From: Dimorphilus gyrociliatus
Lineage: Eukaryota; Animalia; Annelida
DNA: 64,000 nucleotides
NCBI GenBank assembly: GCA_904063045.1
Contig: CAJFCJ010000001.1
Coordinates: forward strand, 1,922,001 to 1,986,000
Direction: 5' to 3'
Made by a program: the position numbers and the translations under genes. Positions 48,763-62,600 of the stretch are shown one piece after another; the stretch's first letter is position 1; each line of letters starts with the position of its first letter. The notes below the pieces were generated by a model. That model had not been told where the DNA came from. It worked only from the letters and a program-made list of their open reading frames with translations, and ran no database searches.

Positions 48763-49434
48763 CTATGCTTCAGTTTTCCAAGCCCCTGTTTTCAGACTTA
48801 TAGGCATTGTAAGCGTCTCAAGCCTTTGGCGTTCATTACCAAATTTCTTCTTCTCGTTACTTCTAAACCAAAACTCATTCCTTCCAGCAAAGGAATTTTT
48901 ATAATAATAAAAAAAATCGAAATGGATGGTAAAGCGCTTTTCCTATTGTGAAAAGAAAAAAAATTTCTTTCGGCTGTCGCAAACAGGTTAAGGTGAATCG
49001 TTTGAAATTATTCAAGCGAACTCACAATGCACATTCCAGACGAACATTCTTGGTCACGCTTTACAATTTCTTTCATCCACGATTTTTCGCATTTAATTCG
49101 AATCTAATAAAATTGTCTAATTTCAGTATGAAACAGCTTTCAATTTCTTATATAATAAAAGAATATCAAAAGAAAGGAGCTATAATTAATAGTATTATAG
49201 ACTGCAAAAATAGCAGTAGGGTTAACACTGTTATCATACGGCCTACTGGTCTGCAATGCGATTATGCCACTCTCTTGTCCTTTACAGCCTTCTACATCCC
49301 ATATTTGAACTCACTTTCTATGTATAGTAAGCCCTTTTAAAGTGTGCTTTTGTATTTTTACTTAATGTTAGTTGCTAACTTTTACCCTATAACAAGTTAC
49401 GCCATCTACTATCATATAATTCAACTACTGCCAT
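48763..49434 (-). pseudogene. Possible degenerate Rab/Ras-like small GTPase remnant
   Basis: Ordered motifs VQIWDVEG (G3-like), AIFAVYNTINYSSF, KSWMKEI and PISLKTG (G5-like). No P-loop found and no clean splice path. Confidence 0.3.
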
Positions 49435-49539
49435 CTATGAAGAAAGGTAAGAATGATAAAGTAAAATAATAAACTAGTATTTCTTAATTCATCTGAAATG
49501 TATTTTTTCTTTCAAAATATAGATTTGACAGACAGTAAT

Positions 49540-50102
49540 TTATGTTTCTTTCATTTCGCGAAGACGTCTAACGGTGCTTCTGACTGTTGCAGCAGCGGTG
49601 GTACTGAAAAGATTATTTATAGTTATTATGATTTCTTATATGTTTATAGATTAGTGTATTTACCTGTAGACGTAGGCTCCTCCAGCAACGGCCTTGCGAC
49701 AGCTTTTACATTGCCAGATTCCTACTACACTACGTTTAATTGTTTCCTTGCCGCAAAATGAGCACGTGTATTTTGAGTGCTGGGTGATTTCCATCTTCTT
49801 CACCTTCTTTCTGAGGGAAGCACCATAACGGGTTCCGTATTTACCAACGATGCCAACCTTTTTCGTTCTCTTCGCCTGTTTTTAAAGAAAAATCATTTAT
49901 TCGTCTGCTAGAATCATCTATCCATGGGATATTTATATTGTCATCATTCTATTCCTTTAATAAAAGATATTTAGAAATAAATTTGACAATAAATCATTGT
50001 ATAATAGCTAGTTTGTCAATAGACGGCGAAAAATAATCCGAAATATTTAATTTAACCAAGATATTTTCAGATAATAATTGAAAATTCATAGAAACAAACC
50101 AT
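49540..50102 (-). CDS. RPL37A: 60S ribosomal protein L37a (eL43)
   Basis: Exons 50102-50100 (ATG only), 49875-49664 and 49603-49540 give [44 protein letters not shown]...[36 protein letters not shown]. Confidence 0.98.
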
Positions 50103-50119
50103 GACGATAAACGGATATC

Positions 50120-50129
50120 GGAAAAGGAA
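50120..50129 (-). promoter_or_regulatory. TCT / 5'-TOP pyrimidine initiator of RPL37A
   Basis: TTCCTTTTCC lies 18 nt upstream of the ATG, as expected for ribosomal protein genes. Confidence 0.7.
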
Positions 50130-50910
50130 TATTCAAAGCGTAAGACTTGTGGGATCGAAAATTTTGGCGCGAAATTTAAAATTAGTCTTCTCAGGAAGGT
50201 TATTTAAGGGGCGTAGACAGATGGCGCTGTTATAATTTCGTAGGACTGATATAAAAAAGAGACGCCACTAGAAGCGGCAGCTGTTAAACCGTTGCCAGAT
50301 TTTTACACATTCCATTCATGCCAGGTAAGCAAATTCAGTTTTTACAGATTTTCGTGATGTATTTTCCTCGAATCATACGGAATAGACTATTTAAAAGCCT
50401 TTTGAATGCTGATTAGTAATAGTTTGAATACGTATTATTTTTTTATTTATATATATATTTATATAAGGTTTCCATTTGGTAGTGGCTGTGCCTTTAGTAA
50501 AAATTATTCGACAGATACGTTCTGGATTATGACGAGAATTTAGAGATTTAATGTTGAGGGCGTATAGAAGAATGGAGCAATCGGGAAAAAGCTTAGTGAG
50601 TAGATAAATCGGCTAGTTTTATAAGTAATTATTACGCTCGTTAGAAAACAGCCGGTGTTTTTGACAGATGGCGTTAGTATAGGCGGTTATCTACATTGTT
50701 TTCTACATGTTTAGGCCAATGTACAAATGTAGAACAATTAATTCTCTTATCGAACGTGTACAGTCGCGCGAGAGTCGCAGCGGAAATTCGAGATCTCAAT
50801 AAAAGTTTTTTGGCTATTTGACTAGAGCTGTAGATCGCCTGTTATTCTCGCCACGTAGTACTCAAAGGATATTATACATTAACTGTTCATTCGTTGCTGT
50901 TATTCGGGCC

Positions 50911-53900
50911 ATGTATCAAATCGCCTCAACCAACTATAACCAATTGGTTATGCCATTTCTTGATCCGTCTATGGCCGCTGCTAGTATGAATAATCAACCG
51001 AGTGTTACATTCGAAACTCAGGTAATTTTTACTATTTGGTTTCCCCAGTCCTATGAGTCAACTTTTTAAAGGGTTGTGACAAAACAATATTTAATAAAAT
51101 ACGTAAAAAAAGATGTCGCCACTGAACTTTTAACACGCTGAAGATGGCGTCCATGTCGGTCTGCTAGCCAGAACGAGCTATAGCCGATTTCGATGGCTGC
51201 GGCCGCCACGTTGAAGAGGTGAGATTGCGTAAATAAAAGAATGAACGGCAGAGAAGGTCAGTACGACGATCGGTCGTTTCCAAACTACGGAGCAACGGCC
51301 CCGTCTCAAACGGCCTACAGAAAGGTGAGAAATTAGTGGAACCGGAATCGCCTACGAAAGTGTCATGGCGGAGTCGGACGTGTCGCGACCTAACTATTTT
51401 CGCTATTTTCTATGCTTGGTTTCGAGCTAGTTTCCAAATCTAACGTACTCGATAGAAAACAGCCTCTATTCGGGATTCATACAATTTTTCTGCCTTCAAC
51501 ATTTGGCAAAGAGAAAGCTCTTTTTGCTGGGGGTTGGTTTATTACAGGCCGATTATCGTCATATGATTTCCGGTTTTTATTAACTTTAAACTAGGGTCAA
51601 TTTTTTTTTGTTTTGCTTTCCGCTATTTTCGGATTAATTATAAAATGCCGGCAGTTAAAGCTATGGAAGGAAATGGCTGGACTAACGGGTGTAGAGGGAT
51701 AGGGGCGGTTACGTAATATAGGCTAGAGGTAGTAGGGGAGTAACGTCGGTGTCTGGCGTACCCCTAGACCGGTTAACAACGTTTCCAGGGTTACCGGTAT
51801 CGTGTTGCGACTTTGGTCTAGCTGTAACTTAAACAATACTATAGTATTGAGGAAACAGGCAGGTGCCTATAGGCGTGTCTATAGTGTCTCGCGTAAAAGA
51901 GAATTCAATTGTGTTGGGCACTAGTAATTCAATTTCCGGGGTGCCGGCCTATATTTTGACTAAAGGAAGGAGGGCATTTCGATACCTTTTTACTTTCCAT
52001 GTGCCTTAAAAATATTAATAAAATAAGAGAAAGACAGCTAAAGATAAAAGTGTTTATTTACACAAAACAAATAAGACTTGAATATTTGTGATAGGTTAAC
52101 TTTTTGATCAGCAGAATTTTTCGGCGACTAGAAATATGCCGGCTGCCAGCCCGAGTGCAAGTTCTTCGAAGAGCTATGGTTCGGATACTTTAAGCACAAC
52201 GAACCTTTATATTAGAGGATTGAATGTAAACACGACGGATAAGGACTTGTTGGCACTCTGTTCAAAGTTTGGAAAAATCAATTCAACCAAGGCTATCGTT
52301 GATCCCGCAACAAATAAATGTAAAGGGTATGGATTCGTTGATTTTGAAAACCCACAGGCAGCTGAAGCAGCTGTGAAAGAATTACAGTCTACTGGAGTTC
52401 AAGCACAAATGGCTAAAGTTAGTAAGGCTCAAGAGCAAGATCCAACCAATTTGTATATTGCGAATCTACCGGTTGTCTACACCGAACAAGACCTTGAGAA
52501 GATGTTCTCACCATACGGACAAGTCATCAGCACTAGGATATTGAGGGACCAGAGTGGAACTAGTCGTGGTGTTGGCTTCGCAAGAATGGAATCTAAAGAG
52601 AAATGCGAACAGATTATACAAGCATTTAACAGCAAAATTGTTGCAAATGCTCAAGAGCCACTGAATGTTAAATTCGCTGATTCCGGTCATAAGAAGAGAA
52701 CTAAACCAACCAATATACCCCACCAGTGGACCGAATATAGGGCACAGGCGGATATCCAGGGTTACCCGATAGGCATACCCTTCCCGTTTGATCAACATCC
52801 TCAGAATGGGTAAGTTGATTAAATTATAAATTTCCGCTATTCCCCATTATCATTTTTAAAATTATCGTATAGCTCTACTCGGAGTGAAAGGTGACCGATT
52901 CTTGTGTTGCTAAAAAAAATTTTAATTTTTTCATGAATTTGTTTCACACCACTCTTATATTTTCCGTATGTTTCGAGTGCTGTGGTAAAAAACAATTTCT
53001 CACTTTAAAAACCAACAATCGACAATTTTTTTTCTCCGTTTTAACGATCGATAGTATATGCAGATGTTGGACAGTCGAATTAATGAAATAAAAAAAAGCA
53101 TGTGTCTGTTTTTTTTCTTTCCCGTAGTTGATTAGATAGTTAATAGTCGTCTCGCTCTAGCTAGAAAATTTTTACTTAAATGTTAAATCACTTAATGTAC
53201 TCTTTCTTTTTCAGTATGCCACAAGTTCTGACGCCTCCAAACATGCGTTATGCTCCAGCAAATTTGGGTTATAGTCAACCGCTTGCTGCAAGTAATCCGT
53301 GGATGTATCCAAATATGATGCCGACTCATGCAGCTATGGCACCGGTAAGCTGATCTACCTTTTTTTTATTAGAGATAGATATTTTTAAATATTACAAAAA
53401 AAAATACCAGATTAGTAACTTAAGCAGATAATTTAGAAAGCCGATGTTGTCCTATTAACACTGATAACATAAATATCAGTTAATTACTATAAATTGTATT
53501 TTATAAAACGTTTACGTAGGGAGCAAGAATTGATAAAAGTAACAATAGATATTGAATTAGAATAGTTTTAGGAAATACGATTTCCTTAACATGTGCTAAT
53601 AGGCTAATATAAGATTACTAAGAATTGTATATGTAAGAGCGCGCATGCTAGCATGTATTACAGCAGTAACTAGAGGGCGCATGGCTTGCCTGCAGGTGGC
53701 GGGCGGAAGCAATATACCGACAGCAGCTTCGCCCGGAACGGGAATCGACGCTCACCTCTATTCTCAGATGAATCAACTATCGTTAGATGCCCGAGACCCA
53801 GCTGTATCAACGGGTGCCCATATTTGAAATGTTTGTTTTCTCTTCACTCTTCGCCTTTCTTCCGCGTCCTTTTTCTTGATTTTTCGGAATTATCCGATCG

Positions 53901-56094
53901 TTGTGAAAAGTTGTTTTCTGTAAATAGGAAGTGAAAAAAAAAAATAATAAAATTGTTCGCGTGAATGAGTGATATGATCGTGAGTATTCTAATAATGTTC
54001 AAACGTTTTCATTTGTTTGCGTTCCCGGCCGAAAGCCGTTGTGTTTTCATTTTTTTCGTATCGCATGTGTGAAAATGTTTGTTGTGGTTGATAAAAAAGG
54101 TTTTTTTTCTTTGCTCTTGGGAAGCACAGCTGGCTGTGTGTTGGTAAAACTGAAGGACTCAGTGATATCAAGCTCGTTTGGGCGGTTGTCTTTCACGTAA
54201 TTAATTGGTAACAATGTACCCTGCGTATAGATTTGTAAAATGTCTCTGAAACTGCAAAAAAAAAAAATTGATAAAAAGGAATTTGATGAACACGCCTAAT
54301 TCGGTCGATTTGTATTTTTTTTTTCCGTTTACGCCTAACTTATGAAAGGTGTCTGTTTTATATGGGAAAGGAATAACGTGTATTATGTATTACTCCAATT
54401 ATGTTCTTTGTTCATTTTTGAAGAGTTTTATTTTTGTGAAATCTAGTTTATATTCATGTAGATGATATTACATATAAACGAATGTTATGCCCGCTAGGTA
54501 AATGATAAAACTGCGCGTTTTTTAAGCAAGAATTATAAAAAATTGAAATACAGTTGTACATAAGTGTACATTCCTGATGTATACAATCTTGTTAGGCTGA
54601 AGGACTTGCTTGTTTTCGTTTTGCTAGATTCACATTCCTATTCATATGTTTTAAAGGAGTTGTTTATTATTAGGAAAAATTGAAAAAGTTTGTCTGTTGT
54701 CGCTGATATACCGATTCTTTATTGGAATTTACAATTACCATTATTATCCTAGTCCATATTGAATTGAATATTACCGACAACTTTCCAAGCTGTTTTGTGA
54801 ATACGATTTATTTTGTTTATTGTCCGCGTCTTTTATATAATCATATTTATGAAAATTGTTCCGTTACCGATATATACGTTAGCCCCTATACAAAGCGTTA
54901 CCGAGAAAAATGCAGAAATGTGAAAACTGTGATGGTCAAATGATATGTTAATGAAGGTATTTAGAGCATGTATAGCCAGCTGTATTTAAGTTTTAAGAAA
55001 ACAAGAAAAACGAAAATTTGTTCGTCTGCTGTGACTCTTGTCGTTCCGCATTAATTGAAAGAAGAATAATACATTGTTGATAAGTCTAAAAATTTGTTGA
55101 ATTTTATTTATTTATTTAATATCGGTGGTAAATCGTTGATTTACAATATAAATGAAAACAAGTATTAGAGGATAACTATTTGGTGGATCTATGATTTATA
55201 GTTTTAAATATAGTAGAGGAACTTTTAAGAAGAGTACGATTATCCAAAGGTAAATTATACACTTTGTGGTGACTTTCTTTCCTCTTTTTTTTATTATGAT
55301 AGTTTTCTTTATTTATTTACAACCTATTTTTATTACATATATATATATACTATATATATATATTACTTTTTTGCACGCTTTCTTAATACTTCATTTATTT
55401 TCAATTGTGCACATTCTACCTCGGGAGATAATTATTCGTAATGTATCAAATATATGTAATCTATTTACGTCTGATAAGCTTGCTTGTCTCTTGATGACTA
55501 TTACGTTTACTGTTTATTCAAATATTTATTAACTGATTGTCTATTCTGTTATAGCATGATGCATTATGTTTTTTTTATTTAGAAAAACTATGCATTTATC
55601 TATTTGGAATTATTGTTGGTGTCTATAGTCCTTTTTCTATCTGTTTTTATTTACATATACATATATATATATATATATATATCTACTTCTATATATATAC
55701 ATATACATACATATATTTGCAGTATATATTCAATTATAAATTTTTGCATGCTTCTTTTTAAAAAGTAAATTTTGCTTCTTTTTTTTTTGGCTTCTTTTTT
55801 GCTTTAAAATAATTTTTTATTGCGCATAATCGGGTTATTTGATCCCATTTAAGTTTTGATTTTATCAACTTTTCAAGTCATAAAACTTTTTTCAGTATGT
55901 GCCACTAGGTGGAACTACCCCTGCTCTAGCGTTTCCAGCACCAACCGTATGGTCTGGATTTACTGCTTTAGAGGTATGGACGGCAAAAATATTGCTTTGC
56001 TTAATCAATTAATTGTACTTGATTATTTTTTTGTTACATTTAACAGGAAAATGCAATAAGCGCTGCCGCATCGGCAGCTGGAGCTGAAACCTAA
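50911..56094 (+). CDS. RBMS: RBMS/MSSP family RNA-binding protein (alan shepard / sup-26-like), two RRMs
   Basis: [11 protein letters not shown]...[10 protein letters not shown] and [14 protein letters not shown]...SRGVGFARM...LNVKFAD. Phase-consistent downstream exons at 53216-53343, 53696-53803, 55896-55973 and 56047-56094. Two alternative first coding exons. Confidence 0.95.
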
Positions 56095-56622
56095 AACTGC
56101 AAATAAAAATATAACGTTAATGATGATGCTATAATCTAGAGAGTAGTCCTATGTATGGCTGCTAATCTAGAAAATGTACATCCGAGCTTCATCTTTTAAA
56201 AGTTCATGAACATCTACGTGGTCAAAAATTTCCGCTTTATAATCTCCTTTTCATTTTAAGTATTGTCAGAATTTTTATATTTTCAGCAATTAATTCTAAT
56301 TTTGTGGGAATTTGCCGACATGTTTTTTACTTGTTCAATGATCTGGTTCGCTTTTTTTGTCTTAGTGTATAATTTTTTTTTATTTTAAGAAATCATCATC
56401 CTTGTTTTTCGGTTGATCAATACAATTTCGTGTATTTGTGAGTTGATTATTAATTGGTCTATTTTACAGTTAATTAGCTATATTTACTACGGATATATAA
56501 TGCTGTTAAACAGTATTTAAAAAGTATACATATATCTCTATTCGAATCTTTTTTCCCCTTGATTTTAAGTATTAGAAGGCATTCACGACTAGATAACATC
56601 AGTCAAAAATTAATAATAACAC

Positions 56623-59600
56623 TCAAAACTCATCGTCAATTTCTATTTCAATTTCGTCCTCTTCATCACTGATCTCATGTACGAGTATGTCATTCTTAGG
56701 TTCTTTATTTGGGAAATTAGATGTTTCTAACGTCTGTAAATAAGCCTTTACTTCGGCCCCGCCGCTCGATAGAGCAGAAGACTCACTTCGAGAACTTTCA
56801 GCCTTTCCACATTTGTCGTCATGATGGGAGCGCATATCTTCGAGAGTCTGTCTTCTTAAATCTTCTATTCCTTCCAGTTGTTTGCTGTCTAGTGCGTCTA
56901 ATATATCGGTTTGTAATTTTGATGCAATAGTCGAGCGAGTCCTGGGAATGGGGCAGGAGTTTTCAGTGTCGGTATCGGATTTCTGTTTTATTAAATAAAT
57001 TTAGTAATTAAATATGAAACAAAGTCTGCGAATTTGGCTTACCAATAGATCATCTTGAATGCTATTCTCAGATGAATCTGTAAAGAACATATGAGGTTTT
57101 TCCGGTAATCCAGAAGCGCCAACAAGAGCGTTTACCCGAAATTCCATTTCTTCTACTTGATATTTTAGCTCAATGAAATTGTATTCCTAAAGTATATGAA
57201 ATTATATATGTCTAATCTCCTTTATCTACTAATAGTTGTTCTACACTCACCACCTTCCATCCTTTTTCCGATTCGAATTTCGAACCGTCACTCTTTCTTG
57301 CGAGCAAGTCTTGAGTTTGTTCAGCGAACTTTTTCCAGAGAAATCTGAGATCAATTTTTGGTGGGCGAGGTATATATTTGTATCTTTTCATATGGTAAGT
57401 GATAACTGAAACGCTCTGTTTAATAAACACAACAAAATTACAGTAAAAGGATTTTACTGAACGTCTAAATATTTACAAAGGCGGTGAAAAGACCACCAAC
57501 GAAGATGAGGAATGACAAGATCATTGTTTGAACACCATAGTCTTCTAGTTGGATATTTTCTATTGGATATTTCCCAGATAATAATTTCGTCCAAGCCAAT
57601 AATGTTCCTTCTATAGTTGCAAAATCGGCTATTACTGCTCCGTAAGCGGCCATAGATAGGCTTACGTACGCAGTTAGCATAAGAATGAGAGAAATCTGTA
57701 TAAATAGACAGAAGAAGAACAAAAATACGTAAAAAGGCTCATAAAAAACGAACGAAATAGAATACTTACGGCCAGCACTACAAAATCAGTAAACGCATGA
57801 TAATAGACTCTGGCAAATTTTTCAAATAGCGCAAAAAATTGTAGAATTTCCATTAATCTAATTATTGCAAGGAATGATAAAATGCCCAATTGAACATTGA
57901 TACCCAGATCCCAGTATGCTACTCGTCCAACATCAACAAATTCTTCGTTAGAGTAACTACGGAATCTCTCAATCGTTTCTCTAACGAGAACAAATCGCAG
58001 AACTATAGTAATGATGAAGGATATACCGCAAACGCAAAAAACCAACTGAAAAAGAAACAAATTAACATTTTTCATTCCATAGTAATAATTCTAACTAAAC
58101 TAACGTTTAGGCAATTTGATAGGTTTTTTATGTAATTCTTCCCAGACGTAGAAAGTAGAACAATTTCGTCCTTGATTTTATAAACGATGACGAGAATGAG
58201 TATGAGCTGTTATATTCATTTAAAGGTTTAATTAATTAATACTGTATGTACTGAATATATATATATATATATATTACTAATACGTATGTATACAAAAGTA
58301 TTTATACTAATAATTAACGTCTTCCTTACTTCGCATGCGAGTACAAAATTATCCCAGTAAGAGATATACTTGTATAAGTAAGTAGTGGAAATTTGAACAA
58401 AACAAGATGCTTTCCCTGTTGGAGGCCGTTCTGTTATCAATTTTACGGTGCTGAACAGCGAAGTAGGGGCGTGTATAAGCGTAAATTGCAGTGCTACGGC
58501 TGAAGTACGATCGTCAATCCACTTTTCTTTTTGTAATCGATCTAACTTTTCTATAGATTCGGTTCTATAAAAATTTTTGTTTAAAAAAAAAAAGCAAAAG
58601 TAGAAAGGAAAAGAATTAATGATTATGGTGAAGAGAGTATATCTTACAAATTCTTTCCTAATCTTTGACCGTAATCGCTCTTTCCATAGTATCTATTGCG
58701 AAACCAAATGGGATAATCATCGTTGAATTTTCTATCGTTGAGTGGTGTTGAAAGATTTTTCCGGACTTTAGCGTTGCACAAATTACGGTAATCGAATGGT
58801 AGATTACAACCCTCGTCTATCGGTCGATTGTGCCATTGCGTTAAGACAGGGCGACCTATTAGATGCCAAACTGCCTGGGTGTCGAAGGCATTTTGCATGC
58901 TATTACGTGCGTGATGCCACCAAGTAGTTGAGATTTCTGAATTATATAGTGAAGACCTAGGATTACAAGAACATAAACGGTTTATCGTGCAACGATTTAC
59001 TATTTAATACAGACGGATCGAATTGCGACGATAAAGTCCTATTCAAATTATATATGGCCGTCTTATCTTTCCCAAATGCAATAAGGCAAGTCAAAATAAG
59101 AATTAGTGATACGTTCGCGCATTTTCTGTAAAGCGATAAGATAAAAAGGCGTAACTGCAATGTTTAATCGAGCCTGTTTTATACTTGACGAATCGTATAG
59201 TTGCGCTTTCCTTTACCAACTTCTTTCGCGATTTTGCTAACTTATCCTCCTTAGGTGGCCGGATGTAACGCAATTGCCTAGATTTCTTACGGTCGTCATA
59301 GGCCTGATCTAAATCGAATGTTACTTTCTTTGGGCTCTTTGATCGTCGGACAATCTTTGAGAATAAGTCTTTATCGTCAATCGATTCGTAGGCTTTTAGA
59401 CTATTGCCATATTTGTAAGCTATCCGTAAGGCTAGTAGCAAAATCTGCAAGAAGAAAAGAAAAACTGCTTTTGCATCAAGAAAAACAATTATCTACCGCA
59501 AAAAGAAACTTTACGACTTTGCTCGACATTCTTACGCGGCAATAAATCAGATTTTTTCGTTGTTTACACTTACTAGGAGCGGATGTAGGACAAAGACGCA

Positions 59601-62600
59601 CGATATTAGGCTGAAGACGACCGACTGTAGCCATTGAATCGCTTTGCTTTTACCAAATCTGTAAAATGCATTCGGCATAATAAGTGCGTTGCTCTTAGCT
59701 TCGAAACCGATAAGGATCCGGCTGTAGCGTCTCACTTATCAGGGTTCCATTTATGCGCTTATAAACGTTATCCAGATATGCGTTGGCAAATGTTATTAAT
59801 ATTAATATTAGTAATATAAAAACTGCTCATTAATAATTTTCTGGCCAATTTCCCATACTTACTGCATTGTAAAGAGCACAACAGTTGCGCAAGAAAGACC
59901 AATAACGGTTAGGCATAAAAACCAGGCTATGTAAAGTGTACAACGCGGTAGCCAACAGCGTACAAAACGGGTTTCTACGTGTAGCGTATCTGTTGGAGGA
60001 ATTAATTATTTGTTATCAGTGCTAGTTGATTGATTTCCTCCGTACCGGTAGGTGCGACTATGGGCTCGTCCTCGCTATCGCCGTTCATTTTTAACCATTG
60101 TTTTTCAGCCCATTGCTGTTGAATCATGTTTCAAAAAAAAAGCAATGAGTTTGATTAATTAATGTTAAGGTAAAAAAAAAAAAGCCTATACACGTGAGAA
60201 ACATATGGTACCCGATGGCCAAGCCAAACGCCTAAGTATATACGCATTAGGTGAAGCGCAAACAAGACCGGCTTTTTACGATGGCCGTAAAGCGTTTTAT
60301 CGCGTTCCGTACCTGCAATTTCTGCCAGCTAATCAAAGTCTCGTCAAATATAGACGGCAAGCTGTTAGCAGCTGCTATCGTCTCTTCATCATCATTTTTT
60401 ACGCCGTCTTCGCCATTGCCACTTTCTTGGTACTCTTTCTTTATTTCCATTTTGACAACCGTCCGCCTGAACAGTAGTATAAGTAACAAATTGACAGGTG
60501 CCGCAACAAAAGGCGTTAAAACACCAACGATAAGAGATCGGTACGATAGATCGATAAGACCCGTATGGGCTCTAAGTTCTGGTGGAATAGGTTTATAGAA
60601 GGCAGCCGACAATGCCATATAAGTAGAGAATAAAGCTAGGCAAACCGACAAGCGCTGTGCTCTTGTAAAACGTTGTGTTGGAGATTTAGCACAAAGAGAC
60701 AACCATAAATGATAATCGGTAGAGTAACCTTCGATTTTCCATTTGATAACTCTCCAAAATCCCGGTGCTTTTTCCATAGCATTTAAATGAACTTCAACAT
60801 GGCCATCCTGTTTATGGGCAGCTAGCCAACGTTCACATGGAAAGCAGTAAGTTCTCTCCTCAGTTGCATCAAAAACTACGACTCTTGACAAAAACCAAGA
60901 CGGGTTTCTACCGTCATTATCATGCCATATATGAACTTTATATAACGTTCCGATATGTTGAGTCGATGTTAAAACGAAGAAATTACGAGAATTTCTCTTA
61001 AAAATGGATTCCTCATTTTCATCTTGACCAGTGGCCAGGCGTCGCGTTTCTGTGCAACCTCTATCGCCATGAAGACAAACACTAACTGTAGCGCTTGTTC
61101 CCGCCGAAGGCCTAGCACCTGTTTCCACGCAAAGAATGTACATTGACTCATCTCCACTTCCGTTATCTGCTAGCTCGATGGCCTCATCCTGGGCTTTTTG
61201 CGAACTACGCCTGTCCAATGAAATGCATATGAAGAGACAAATGGAATACAAGGTCAAAACGGATAAGAGAAAGCCAAGAGGCAATGGATTGGTTTTCAAA
61301 TCGAATAAATCTTCCAAGTCAAACTGTTTAACTGTATTCGGAGCAAAATTTAACGGAGTTGCGAATGAAGTGAGATGATTGCAGCCACACAACGTTTTTT
61401 CAGGTGTCGATGACGATAGCACCCGGCAGCCTTGAGACGACCATGTAAACTCAGGCGTTCGCCACACACACGACGCCCACCAAGTTCTCAAATGATACGT
61501 CCTCGTATTTACTTGATCGACATGGGGAGTCTTTGAATTGAGAGACGCTTCGACGACGGCGATAAAATATGCAGATTCTGTTTAAGAAGAGTTAAAAGAG
61601 CTGTGCACTAGTGTTAAACTAACCATTCGTAGCTGGTAGCATCCAATCCAAAGTCGAATCTTTCTTCGAAAACGTCTTCTGACTGTCACTATCCCACGTT
61701 CGGACGGAGGGGGAACTCCCTGCTCTGATAAAGAAGGAAGAAATGACGTTCATCCGGTACACCTGAATCCTTGCTCACCACTTGCGTGGCTTGAGCGTGG
61801 TTTGAGGTGTTTCTGCTGAACGCGGTGATAGATAAAAGACAGATGAGAAGAGAAGAAGTGGGCAGAGCGAAGTAGATAGCTTAATGTTAGCTCAAGCGTC
61901 CCAAAGTTGAAAATTAACGTTGCAACAGCGTCGAAAGCAAACCACCTGAAACTTTGCTCACCTTCCTTCTCAAAGGTTTGGCAAAGCGTCAAGCAGTATG
62001 CGTACGCGCCTATTTTGTCAGGCTAGCTGCTTGTGTAACTACTGGGTTAGCAAAACACACACTTTCCACCTCTTTCACTTACCTAGCCACTAATTTAATG
62101 TCGAAACCGATTTCTCCATCTTTCAATCCCTCCAACTCCAAACGAACGCGCAAAACTCTATGCTCAAATGCAGGCACTCGATGAATATTTAATTTACGGC
62201 GGTCTAAAGTGAACGGTCCAGAGCGAGCAGGCAGTTTCTGATCTTTAGATGTCGTTGGTAATTCTACAACTATCTCCTTTTTCAAGTTTTTTACTGTCAC
62301 TTCTCTGGGAGTGGCACTTTCTGAGTTTTCATCGCATTGAAAGAGTGTTAAAGATGAAACAGAACCATCTAGCTGTTTGGGAAGAAAATCAATAGAGCAG
62401 TCTTAAATAAACAAACTTACTAGTCTCGAGTAGGGATTTGACTCGTAATAAACGAGATGCGCCTGCAAACATGAGGACCGCCCAAAAGAGAAGGTCGACG
62501 TTGGTGGCAAAAAAAAGGCGGAATGATCAGTCGCTCGCACTACGTTTGGCAATACTGCGTAGCGGCCTGCTAGTGTCGACAACGACGCCGTCTGTCGTCC

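Noticed and set aside
49878-50099. Box C (ATGATGA) in RPL37A intron 1, suggesting a C/D snoRNA
   Set aside because: No downstream box D (CTGA) and no terminal stem.
51725-51770. let-7-like 12-mer AGAGGTAGTAGG in a GC-rich hairpin
   Set aside because: The rest of the mature sequence and the star arm do not match let-7, and the stem has large internal loops. It is not a credible pre-miRNA without small-RNA data.
54700-56060. Hydrophobic I/F/Y-rich ORFs in AT-rich introns and UTRs (also 10440-11211, 14990-15439, 42920-43156, 45665-45940)
   Set aside because: Their composition is explained by AT/T-rich and (AT)n sequence; many start at non-ATG codons and show no motifs.
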